The translations under genes and the position numbers were made by a program. The notes under the pieces were generated by a model, which was given only the letters and a program-made list of their open reading frames with translations, had not been told where the DNA came from and searched no databases. A DNA stretch of 64,000 nucleotides from Phoronis australis (lineage: Eukaryota; Animalia; Phoronida). Positions 1 through 12,288 of this stretch are shown here, in pieces (position 1 is the stretch's first letter; the number at the start of each line of letters is the position of its first letter). The stretch is from the NCBI GenBank assembly GCA_002633005.1, contig NMRA01000094.1, positions 460,597 to 524,596 on the forward strand. The letters are read 5' to 3'.

Positions 1-271
1 CCAACTATTCTACAAACATATACTAGTCTCTAGAATATTCCAGACTGCATTAATCACTGTCATGCTAGAGTCTTCTAGAAAGTTCCACACTATACTGTAG
101 TAAACAAATTACATCATCACTGTTCTGACCTCAGTCTTCTAGAAAGTTCCACACTATTTTGTAGTAAAAAAATTACATCATCACTGTACTTAACTCAGGG
201 GTCATGCCAATCAAACAGAATAACAAAACAAAACAATACAACTAAAAATACTGTCAGACTATATTCTGACA
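1..271 (-). mobile_element. Partial LTR (runs off window start); same family as the solo LTR at 61516..62246
   Basis: Aligns by eye with ~61975..62246, including the internal ~64-bp duplication (agtcttctagaaagttcc...catcatcactgt). Ends in the same terminus ...ctatattctgaca at 271. Strand taken from the full copy. Confidence 0.85.
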
Positions 272-295
272 GAGTCCCTACATCTGTTGAGGACC

Positions 296-3244
296 TGTGC
301 TCGGTTGCATGAAACAGTCCCAAATAGGGAGACAACTAATGTCCCTAACTCCAATGCATGCTTGTGAACTTGTTAAAACACTAAATGTCATTTCTTATAC
401 TGTTTTAGGGTCACTATTAAGCCAGTTTTTGAGAGTGAATTCTACGTTGAATTCTAAACATAATTGCAAGTAAGTAGCGATGTTTTCATACAGCGCTCCT
501 AAGTTTCTATTAATTTTCAATGATAGAATGGTTCAGATTTTTAGATATATTATTAGAAAATGTCATATGCCACAAAGATACTATATCCCAAGATGGCCGT
601 CCTAGTGTAATTTTCCTAGTCACACATTTGGAACAGCGCCACCTATTGGGTGGAGCCCAGGTTGTATTCAGAGACCCTCAAGCCAGGCATGAGCCTGTGG
701 TGAAGATTGTAATTACCTGGGATAAAAACAAGATTTATAGACATAAAACCAATTTTGAGGAATAATCATTTATAAATTACTTGAGGAAAACACAATTTTG
801 ATGTTGTTTTGCAAGTACAATAATTATTGTGGTGCAATAAGACTAGAATGAAAGCAAACACCATTCAACTGAATAACAAAGTTTTTTAGATGCCTTTGTG
901 AGCATAGCAATACAATACAATATCAATCGTGAGGAAACATCATTTGTATTTACGTGGAAGTTTATGCAATTATGATAATATTTAATTATGATAATACTTA
1001 ACTGTAATTAACTAAGACTTTGCCAGGGCTAAGACTGGTATGAAAGCAAGCGCCTGAATTCAATAGAATGCCATTTTTCACATGGTTCTCTAAGTATAGC
1101 TACAGAATCAAATAAATACAACAGTAGTTTATATAATATTTTAGCATAATATTTTATCATATATTACATAATATTTATATCATTGTTCTTGTTGCTGAAA
1201 GACAAGGAATAAGATAAATAGGAATAATAAATAATACTCTCTACCTAAACAAAAGTAGAGTCATAATAGATAAGAGCGTGTGAATCAATATCATTTTTAT
1301 TCTAACTTTGTAACACATCAGTTCAAAAAACATTAAAAGTATTGTAATTTTAACACAAAATTGGTAAATTGTATGAAAACAACATTCCGTGTTTAAAATA
1401 CATCGTACAAAACATGTCAATACAGATATCTCAGCTATGAGACCTAGCACTTCTACAGTACTATTGTTCTGGAATAACTGCAATATTAAAAACAATAAAC
1501 TTGGTTCATCCAACACACCAATATTTGTCAGGGATAATGTATGTGGTTTGAGGGAACATACACCACCATCCGGTACAATGAAAATGTTACCAAGAAAAGT
1601 TTTCCCACTTATACTGCATATAATTAGTCTACTTCAGACTAATCAATCTATGTTATATGACTATTGACCATTTCATATGAAGACATTGGCATCAATACAA
1701 CTCCTTGGGCATTAACTTCAAACTGTATCTCAGGGCAAATGCTAATCCCCAAAGTTATCAAAAATATAGTTTAACAGGTTCACGGTAGCCCTTGATTTTA
1801 AGTTTTGCAGTAAACACGCTCTCCTTGGGTCTTCACCAGGACTAATACAATAGTACAGCAACTCTGATGTCAGATAGACATGCCCCTTAGCAGTTACACT
1901 TCAAAGAGAGTTCTGCCAGACAAAAATGAGACCACTTTCCACAAGTAGTTAGTATGAAAGACAGACACATTCTGACAGGTTGTGGAGTTAAGCAAGTACA
2001 TGCACGCGCACCCAGCCCAAAAAAGTAGGGGTCATGAATTTTTGAGAATGTGTACCTATAACTAAAAAAAGATTGGTGGAAGTGCACTTTTGTCTCATTT
2101 TCTACTTTTTTCTGTTTTTGTTTCTGTGGGGCAAACCTTTTTGCCCACTACGCCAAATAGGGGGGCTCGATCGAGCTCCAGAGCCCCCTGTATGCGGGCA
2201 TGGGAAACAAGCTGTTTGAGTACAGCGGAATGTATCAAAGTATAAGGTTTGTTTACTGTTCTGAGAAAGAAGTTGATTCAATAATCCCTGTTTAGGTTAC
2301 ATATTCTTCAGCAAGATAGCCTGAGGCAAGCGTATCCTGTAATAATGCAGAGTTGTGCCTGAAACTTGATATTAACACATCAAATCAAACAACAGTTTCT
2401 TATTTTAGTTGATAAGTGAATTGTTCCTCTTGGATATGGCGACTACACAATCGCAGGTTATGTATCTCTTCTAAGTCAGATCTATGCATACTCTGCACCC
2501 AACTCTCATAACTAAAATTGAACCGTACACTGAGAAATAGCCTACACGCCAACAAACATCATTAGATTGTACAAGCTTGCAAACATTCTCCACTAAACCT
2601 GGCCATGTAAGTGCTATCTCCCCCCCAGTTTTCAAGGCCAGCTGACCAGGACACTGGGTCTGACCCTGTAACTGTAGACTACACACAAACTAGTCTTCTT
2701 TAACCAAACACAGCTGATACAACTCCACTTGTTACATTCGTTTCAGAAGGTATGCAGCCACTACCGAATGAGTCTCATAAGACCATGCTGTGGGCATCAT
2801 TATTGTCAACTACAAGTAACTATCCCTAATAGGTAGGCCTGCAACTATTATTATTCTGCTGCAGTACTGACTCCTGTTCTCCGATCAGCACTTGCCAGTA
2901 GTAGTGTGGAATATATAATGAATATACACTTACCCCTCCTTATCTTTAGTCAAGCGAAACTAAGTATATGGTAAGCACCAGAGAACACACTGGCATTAGT
3001 CATCCATGTTATGCTGTATTTGAGCTCCTCTCAGAGGGTGGCGCTACTTGTAACGCTATGATGTATGTAGGTCATAAGTCGGACATCTTTAGTAACTATA
3101 AAATCTTTGCTCGCACTAGAGAAGCTCATAATAAACTTAAAATGAAAGTATTTCATCTGTGAGTCCATAAAGACACAAATACCCAAAAGACTTAGAGACC
3201 TTAGTTGAGTCCATATTAGGGACTGTTTCGTGCAACTGGGCACA
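296..3244. mobile_element. Non-autonomous DNA transposon with ~30-bp TIRs (PIF/Harbinger-like termini)
   Basis: Left end tgtgctcggttgcatgaaacagtcccaaatag; reverse complement of right end tgtgcccagttgcacgaaacagtccctaatat. No intact ORF and no clean TSD. Superfamily inferred from TIR style. Confidence 0.6.
1999..2202. mobile_element. ~200-bp MITE, same family as 46603..46812
   Basis: Termini catgcacgcgcaccc...tgtatgcgggcatg. Shares the internal motif acctttttgccca...cgccaaat.ggggggctcga with the 46.6-kb copy. Confidence 0.6.
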
Positions 3245-4205
3245 ATAAATGCTGTCGACTTGGCTGACAAGATCAAAATCTTGATTCACAATGGAAAATT
3301 TTGAAGCGCTGAAGAGACCACACAGTATTCCGGGAGAAATGCCCCACTGTCAGAATGACTGAAATTTTACTTGACCCTGTTTAGCATGACCGAAAATCTT
3401 TCATGGCTTTCATCTTGACCTATCTAAACTTTTAGACTTCTTTTATGCTTGAGAAAATTCACTTGATTTTCAGGTTCCCCCGATTCTCTCGCACAGTTTT
3501 GTTTCAAAGCATATAGCCCCGATGCAATCAGGTCTACACTTATAGGAGACTTAGATACCGGAAATAACTCGGATATAACGAGAAATGAGTCTTGTCCCCC
3601 TAGAGTAAGAAATAGCCAGCAACATTAAAGCAACCCCTCCCCCTCAGTTTTTGACAACAGTTGAGGCTCGGGTCTTCCTTGGCCACATTAATGAGTGAGC
3701 CCTGAGCTGTAAGAGAATGTGTACGGAAATGTACGTGACATTTGTTCATATGTCAGCTACTCATGTATTTAGGAGGTGAGCGTTAACGCAAATCAAAACG
3801 AATCCGTTGCATCCATGGTGTAGTAGAAATAAGAATCAGGTTCAGCAATTAACACTGGATTGTCATCGAGAGGTCATTATCACAGATGTGTTCCTGCAGA
3901 CGAAAGGATAATACGACTGAAGAGGGAGTTATCATTATCTTGTTCACTGTTTTGGGTCGTAACATAACGAGAACCATTAAATTCCTTTATCTTGTTTCCG
4001 CGTCATATAAAACTCAACCATGAAAGAACTCTCAGAATTTATCACTTTTCTTAGTAAAACATATACAGCAGGTTTTCGTGCGGAGAGTAATAAAAATAAA
4101 ACGTGATGTTTTCTGAAAGGTAGTACCAATTCGCTATATTTCCAATGGGATTTTTAAGCACTTATCTGCTATACTTGCGTTGTTTAAGTATAAGCGAGAC
4201 CACAT

Positions 4206-4622
4206 TGACCGGTTACATGAAACAGTCCCAATAGGGACTCAACTATGTTGCCTAAGTGTGGAGCCACTTGTCCAAACACTGGTTGTCCTTCTTGCTGCTA
4301 TTTGATCTTGATCACTTTGTCAACTTTTATCGTTGATACATAAGAGAGTAATCAATGCATTGAATTCTTAACATTAAAATAAACAGGGGTTTTCATACGC
4401 CCCTAATTTAAGGTCGCAGACCCTATTTGTTTTATTAAAACAAGGATTCAGTTTTTAGATAAATTTTTAGAAAATTTCACAGGTAAAAAGTAGATCATAA
4501 TAAAGATGAAACAACAGAAACTGAAAATATAACATTAGCGAATGAACAAAGTGAACAAACGCGCTGAAAATGTAGAATACATAGCTCAGTCCCTATTCTG
4601 ATTGTTGCATGTAACCGGACAG
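4206..4622. mobile_element. ~415-bp MITE related to the 296..3244 element
   Basis: Left ttgaccggttacatgaaacagtcccaatagggactc; right reverse complement ctgtccggttacatgcaacaatcagaatagggactg. Internal segments (ttgaattct..., ttcag.ttttagata...ttagaaaat) resemble 448..556. Confidence 0.65.
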
Positions 4623-7600
4623 ATAGAGTTTCGGCATTAGTCAAAATGAGAAAGTAGGAACATGTAGGTTATGTAGGACACCAGAAAAATGGTCAAATTT
4701 GGCTAACTTCGGAACATCAAGTCTCGGTCAAGGGCTGGTTAGAATGATATGAAACTCTCTGATACAAATCATTCTTAGGGCACTGTTCTTTAAAACACTT
4801 TTAGTAATTGTTTTAAACTGTTCTTTTTAATATGCGAGACTAACAAAAAATAGGATTTTTATGAGTTTAAAAAATCTAAATTTGCATAAAACGTAACGAA
4901 ACTACATTGCTTTAAACGATCACGGTTTGCGTCTGCACATACATGTTCGTGTCTGCACACACTTGCATAAACAGTGTTAACTTTATTTTAAAGTGAGCAC
5001 GAAACCGTCTTCCGTCGGAGACAAATAACACCTTTTGATATAGATCAGTTATTGTGAGGCCATTGGTCTCAAATCGCTCTTTAGGCAAACAGGTTTGGTT
5101 TCTGGATTTATAAAGTACTGAGAATTCCTTATTGTTGAGGCAACGAAGTATAAGTTGGCTCGTCCCGGCTTGTCATTTTATTCGTCCAGTATGGCGAACT
5201 GTCAGTCCTTGGCAAGAATAAACATCTTTTCTCATCTACGGATGGAACAAGTTGAGACCAATTTTATAGAGGTAAATGGCCTAAATCAAAACTTCATTTC
5301 TTTGACAGAATAAGCGAGTTTGTTACCGGTTTACCTAGTCTAGTGTAATCAGGGATTTATTTAACCAACAGGTGATTAACAACAAATTACTTGAACATTG
5401 TTTTCAGTAAAACCATGTAAGTATCTTCACTTTCAGCACTGAGCTTACAAAAAGCTGAGTTCGGCTTTTTTAAATTTCGCCAGACATTTTGTGGAGCTCC
5501 ACAAGAAACATAAACTTTGCAGTTAGAAACTCTGTATTAAATTCTTTTCAGTTTTTAAGGATTACGTTCATGTGTGGAACACATAGTGACATTTTTTGAA
5601 ATAGAATTTACTTTGAAATTCTTTGCACTAACACCAAAAATACCTTTTACGTAATTTCAAACAATGTCGACGTCACACTCTCCGCGTTACAATGTTGACG
5701 TCACACTCGTCACCGGTTACATTGTTCATACTTTAGTGTCCAATGCCATGTCAGCAACATAATTATTGTAAGCTACTATAGATTACTTTATAGGGGCTCC
5801 ATTATTTTACATGTATTTACCTAGATATTAATGCTACCATACCACCTGCATCAGTCGCTAGTTGTTACTCATTTTTTTGTTTTTAATAATTTTCATGAAT
5901 GTTTTTCAAGATTGTGTCAGGCGCAAGACTTCTCGCGAGCAGTACTGTGTGACCTCTGCTTGTAATGCATGGCGATATCTCGCGAAAACTTGCATGATTA
6001 TGCGTTTTCGCGAGTGTGGTGCCTCTAAGGAACAAGTGCGTGCGGCGACAAATCTTCAACAGCTCGTGAGGTAGCCTGTGACGTAATCATTGGCCTGGGT
6101 CAACAAAAGTCTTTGTTTGCAACCGGTCTCAAGACACCTGGAAAAGGGTATAACTTACAAAAGCACACTCTATGGAGTTTCTCAAAAATAATTCCACAAA
6201 GCCATTTCCATTTTCCTTGTTACGTCCACCGGGAAAAGGGAAATGCCAAAATGACCAAAAACTGCCATATTGGATTTCTTGTACCTAAAATCTCAAATTC
6301 ATGAAAGAGAAGAGACGAGAGCCCAAATTCACTTGCACTCCAGATTTCAGAAATTAAAAGTTGTTGTTACTAATCACTTTTTTCCCATTTTTAATTGTCT
6401 GAAGGGTTCCTATATCTATGCCAAATATTGTCCATCTCAGTGAACAATGATTTGCTTAGAATATACCGGGACTTCCGTATCCGGATAGATAAGAGCACAC
6501 CGTCAAACGCGACGGACTTCATTTTCTCCATTTTTCGAGTACCGGTACCCACAAAGGCCCGAACCGTGGCGCTTTAGAACATCTACTTAGATGGCAGCAA
6601 TTTTTCACCACACTTTTGTAATCTGCAGGAAATGAATTTTTTCAAAGTCTAGTGTTGGTTTATGTCTAGCAATGGCATGGAAGATGTGGTTTTGAGCTTA
6701 AACAGTGAATTTTTCGTTTTTCCGCCTTTTTCGGATCTTTGCTTCTTTTTTGTTAGAAGTGAAAGGACCAGAAATAAGAGACATAACTAATGGAAACTTT
6801 CCATTTTGTTCATAAAAAATCGCTAAACAAAAGCATCAAGTGCAGTAACCGACGACGTATGCACAGCTAAACAAAACACAGCCGGCAACTGTAGAGTGCG
6901 AGTGCCTCGCGCGAGATTCGCCTGATTCGCATGATTTTGCGTTGGCTTGAGTAATCTTATTATTCTTGCAAGAAACTTGGTCTACGGTACGTTACCTTGT
7001 TAAGTAACATGACACACCATCATCAGCTAAGACAATTTCCGGTCTTTGAGAGAAATGCTATTTTCAAAATGTTCAGATTGTAGCTGAGTAGAATATTGGG
7101 AACATTACTTTCATAAATCAGCAACAGTTTAACTTGTCATGCACCATTTCAACTCAGGCTACTAAACTTTGACCTGACATTTCAAATTTGGTGTACTTCC
7201 GAAGCAACGTCCGTGTTTCTAAAATCGAGATTGTTTTTATGGGTGTACAGGGCGATTTGATTCTTATCATTGCACTAGGCCGCCATCTTAGACAATGTGA
7301 AAGTCTTCATGCTGTTGCCCAATACACATCAGCAAACGCTGAGTTAATCTGCAGTCCTTGTGCAGCAATGTGTTTTGAAAATGGTTGCTCCCTAGCAATA
7401 CACCTACGCTCTTTGTCATACAGTGACGCTGCAGTCCGCAGCAAGTCAAATTGGAACTGCGCGGTCATCGTTATTGCGAGAGATAGTATGCACGTGCGGT
7501 TTGGCGGGCTGTACCTTTCGTCGCTTCCTGCGATGTAGTGATTATTGGCGACAAAAGGTGGTTATTATAGTGCCAACACAATACTCAACTCTCATGGGAA

Positions 7601-7913
7601 ATATCTTATGCGATTACATCAATATTCCAGATGTAAGAGGAAATAACGTATAGTGATAAGAGACGAAACCAGAAGTCGTTCGTTTGCAGGTGAGATTTTT
7701 TTGTAATTTGAGTGTTTTCGTGGTACATCTGAAACTTGACCACTTCAAAATATATGGTCTTTTAATTTCAAAGCTAAGTCGTCTTTAACAATAGATTAAA
7801 ATTGTCAGGATTATTAATTAATTCAACCTGTTTAGGACTCTTAGTTCGACTTCACCGTCACTGTTACCGCGGCTGCCTTGCCTAGGCGCTGGTTACACGA
7901 ACATCGCTTACTC

Positions 7914-8082
7914 CAACTATTGCTAAAATCTCTTGGGTCTATTTACACCGACCTCTTGTCTACTTACATTGTCACGACGTTTTGGTCGGTCTATTCTCCG
8001 GCCATCGCCAGGTGTTCCTGCGAGACAATGTAAATAGACAGGAGGTCGGTGTAAATAGACCAAGAGATTTGAATAATAGTTG
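7914..8082. repeat. ~62-bp inverted repeat around a 44-bp spacer carrying a degenerate hammerhead-like motif (Penelope-like pseudo-LTR relic)
   Basis: Arms 7914..7976 and 8021..8082 are near-perfect reverse complements. The - strand of the spacer reads cacCTGGCGAtggccggagaatagaccgaccAAAACGTCgtg, against the hammerhead core CTGANGA-stemII-GAAA-NUH. Confidence 0.55.
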
Positions 8083-9587
8083 TAACACGCCACCACCTCA
8101 GAGCGGTTTTTTTTGGAAAGTCATCACTTACTCCGTGGTATAACAGAATAGATCGTCTTGCAAACAAGTGTACGTCATTTGTTGTGGACTTCACGGTTGA
8201 ATCCCTTGGCAAAAACTACACCTGCATATTTTGAAGGAGTTACAGCTTAGAATTTACTGTCAGCCAGCTACAAAGTACATGCTTGAAATATGCGATATTC
8301 TTATTGTAAAAATGGTGCAAATAAATCCCTGTTGGTGTTTGGTGTCGCTACACTGATATCGATTCGTATGTGATAGCAGGTGAATATATCATTCTTGATG
8401 GAAAATAACCTCCCACGCTCAGCCATGAAATAAATATAGCAAAAACTCAGAATCCTTATTTACTTAACAATACAACGTTCAACTGCCATCTGGGTGGATC
8501 GCCCGGAGGGGTACTACTATGAACCAGGATGTGAAGTTCAAGGGAAAAATCACGTCACAGGCGACATGTTTTGCCAATCAATACAGCGGGAAGAACAGCG
8601 CATTAACACAGAAAAACACGCTCATAAACGGTGAGGCAGTGCAGGTATTCTTCGGTGGCTCATACCATCGAAATCTTTTACGAGTACCCGCCCCCTCCAG
8701 GGGCATGCAGTCTGAAGCGTATTGACTGGTTCAACACAATTTTGCTACTGGCTAAATGAGCTCGAATTTATATCTTTGATTGCAACCCGTGCGAGCAACT
8801 TTTCCTGCTATTAACACCATTTATCAAGAATTAGCAGAAAATTGCCGTTGTGGAAAAAATTGTGAGCTATTCATGGAGCGGACGTTTCCTTCAGTGATTA
8901 AACAATCAAAGCAATGTACTTTTCAGATATGTTAGACTATACACATAACGTGTTTAACTAAAAACTCAAAATATGTTTTCTAGTAACTTATTTGGAGAAA
9001 TTGCATAAGATTTCGTTCAATTTCTTAGCTATCCAAAAATACCCTCCCAGTGTCCTGATTTGCCAAGTAGTAAAATAGTAAAACGTAGAAAGATAGTTAT
9101 ATTTTGTAACATATTTATGCCTCACTTTTCAAGTCACTGTAACACATGGACGTGCCAACATTTACCGGAGATGAGTTATAAATCATTATCGTCGTCGTCA
9201 TCGTCGCCGTCGTCGTTGTCGTCATCATTTCCATTCCATTCCGACACATTTGCTTTCCGTATATAGAATGTCCTCATAGGCTACGTCTGTGGTGTGATTA
9301 AAGGGTAATTCACGCGCAGCGCTCATTTCTCGTCAATAGTTCGAGGCCGATTGTTTACAATTAAACTCAAGGGCGATCTCTTTTCTGATATCATCACCAC
9401 GTGTCGTTCTCTCGAAGGCTTCATTACAAATTGGCGTATGTTGAGTTGGCGGGGCATTTTGAGACTTGTAGTGAGATATAAAAGTTATAGGCTACAATTA
9501 GTCAAGGGCATTCCTATTTAAAAAGAAGGCGGTGTAGGTCCTCATTGTGAAAGCCGGTCGAATCCGTCGGAATTAGCCACAGTTACA

Positions 9588-11582
9588 TTGATGTCAAAGC
9601 ATTTTCCTTTAGTTTTAAATTTCAAAAACCGATCTGTCAACTGCTCGTCACATCGTCGATTTTTCTATCGCACAGCACATTTCCTTATTTGGTTTAGAAA
9701 AACATAGACCTAGCACATTTACCTGAGGTGGAAAATGTGACCTTTGACCTTTGATGTAAACAAAATAATGGCGAGTTCAAGCAGCAGCCAGTCCAACTTC
9801 TTTGAGCACATGCGCACATATATACTATTAGAGGCGAAGGATTTGAAAACTGTATTGGAATGAAAGAGTTTTTAATTCGTCAGTGTTTCAAAAATAGTGA
9901 ATATGACATTTTTTTCTAGAATTTCTAGCAATATTCAAAGTGAATAACTCTTACGTTAGTATCTCCAAGAAGTAGATTCGCCACAAACTGTTTAAATGGT
10001 ATTTTACCAAGTTTGTGCGTTCCATGGCTCTTTAAACTCTCTTGAACAGTTGCGTCTTTATGAACAACTTTAACCACTATATGGAAGAGAATGAAAATAC
10101 GTTAACGCATGCTAAGAAAATTTCTGCGAACCTTGTAGTCTATTGAATATACGGCGTTGCCAGTAGCAGACGGAGTGTTGCTCAAGGATGCACGTTCGGT
10201 ATATGCAGAGAGGTTAGCACCTCTTGTTTTGCGTCATGCTGGGCCAATCAAACCAATCTCACCTCGCTTTTAGATGTATATCCCTCTTACTTAGTCGGCA
10301 ACTAATTTATGCGACACCAAGAAAACATTTTCACAGTCATCAGTGACAGATTTGATCAGATATATTACGGCGACACAGCCGGGTACCGCACATGCTGCTC
10401 GCCGTTAAGATCACCAACAGAGGCGCTTAAACAAAAGAAGAAATACTTATTGCCTTACGTATTAGTGTGACTGTACGTATATACTGAATATTTAGAATCT
10501 CACTGGAGGGCTTTGGCACTCAGAGTGCACTCAGATAGCAATTTTGTGTTTTTGCTGGACGACACTTGTTGTTGTAGTAAAAGGTAAATAACAGGCTTAT
10601 TTTTCCCAAACGTGGTCTAGCACTAAGAATGTTTCGCAGCATTGTACTGTATTCATTACCACCTTCACGTCTAACTTGGGGAGAACAAGGAAACTGAATA
10701 ATTTGCAATCGTGTTGTCGTGCCTTAAGTCTTCATTCAATCTCCGAATATTTGCAAATAGTAAATTTATCGTGAATTGCTCTCCTGCTTTCTTAGTTTGA
10801 ATTCTTTTCAACATTATAACCAACGAACTTCCCGAGCTGACAACTTGTCAATGAATCGGCTACAGCTAGTAGTAATGTCAACGACTTTATATTGCATAGG
10901 TTGAATTGATTTGCATAAAATTTCAAAAGAGATAATGTCAATAGCTGAACACGTGAAGTATCTGACGACTGAGCAACATTGTTTTACAGTAAACACGCAT
11001 AAAAGTAGCGTTTTACGATCTTTCAAAGTCACTCGAGTGATTCCAAGTTGAACACGTGTATGCAAATATCTTGTACATTGTTCATGATGAACTTGGGCGT
11101 AGTAATAGAGTTATCCATTGATTCTGAGCGTGTTTTATGAAAAGTGACTTACTAATTCAGAAAGATATTTTGTCTTATATTCCCACTTCAAAACAAGCAA
11201 ATTTAGGTTTAGTCTTAACACACATTGTACAAAGCTCGTCATCTTTTAAAACAGAGTAATTCACTTTCCCCTGTCAGAAAAAATCATAAAATTCACGATT
11301 TTTGAAATACGTGCGAAGGAAAAACTTTGTGGTTACCACAAGTTTCTAGTCTACCTCCGACTTATGATAAATGTGCACCTGCGCTCACAGTAAGTTGCTT
11401 GAAGGCACTTGATGTCAAAGGTCACATTTTCCATATAAGGGAAATGGGCTACATATAGATCTTGCCATATTAAGTAAGGAGACGTGCTTTGCCTTGTGGG
11501 AGTAAAATCGACGGCGTGAAGAGCAGTTGACAGATAGTTTTTTTTTGAAATTTGAAACTAAAGGAAAATGCATTGATATCAA
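9588..11582. mobile_element. ~2-kb element with ~160-bp imperfect terminal inverted repeats; candidate Crypton-like
   Basis: 9588..9748 is the reverse complement of 11414..11582 (ttgatgtcaaagcattttcctttagtt...tggaaaatgtgacctttgac). The interior holds degraded tyrosine-recombinase-like motifs. Confidence 0.6.
10020..10710 (-). pseudogene. Heavily degraded Crypton-type tyrosine recombinase (DUF3504-like) remnant
   Basis: In the expected order on the - strand, across frameshifts: QVRREGGNEYSTMLRNILSA (cf. EVRKKDGxEYxxxSLRxxxAA), WFDWPSMTQNK (cf. WYxxxPxGxN), frameshifted SN(H)SVxATG (cf. TNHSLRAT), KVVHKDATVQESLKSH (cf. GHKSxxSLxxY). Confidence 0.45.
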
Positions 11583-11804
11583 CAGAAATTAAAAATCTTT
11601 ACGAGCAAATCCTAAAAAATACCTGATGAGCAGGTTGAATTCTGTTTCAGTGGCAGAGAACCACTTTCAATATTTCAATTTAGTCTGTTTATCGCATTCC
11701 AGGCCTCTTGCCTGTTTAAGTCTAAAGAAAAGTTTATGGAACTGGAACCTGGATATCATGTAACTAACAATTGTTCATTCTTCGCCGCCAGATACCATCC
11801 CACG

Positions 11805-11831
11805 ATATATATATATATATATATATATATA
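11805..11831. repeat. (AT)n microsatellite
   Basis: About 13 perfect AT units. Confidence 0.95.
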
Positions 11832-12288
11832 AGGATCCATGATTCAATCACCTGCCATTGTTATGATACCAATTCGATACCGTAAATTAATAACCCCTAT
11901 AGTCTATGTCGATACTTTGGTTTTGATATATTACACACGTTCAGTCACACAAGAGCACACTTTCAATTTATCACGGTGTCTGATCACTTTCATGATATAC
12001 GTTGTCCGTTCAACGATGGTTTCACATTCTTTGGTCGGGATATTGCAGTTTGCCTTTGTGTTTGGTAGTCTCGATACAGCGTGTTTTCAACATGACACGC
12101 AACTGACGCTAATGTAAATTTAGGCAAAGCAGCGAATAGAAAGTCTATTAACAAAGCAAATAACTGCTTCAAATTAAAATATAATATTAGGAGTTTACAA
12201 AAAAACTGTCGGTGACCATGTGATTTTTAAATGGTAAAAATGAGTGGTCTGATTCTCTATTCAGTTCCAGTACAAACAGAAGCATGAG

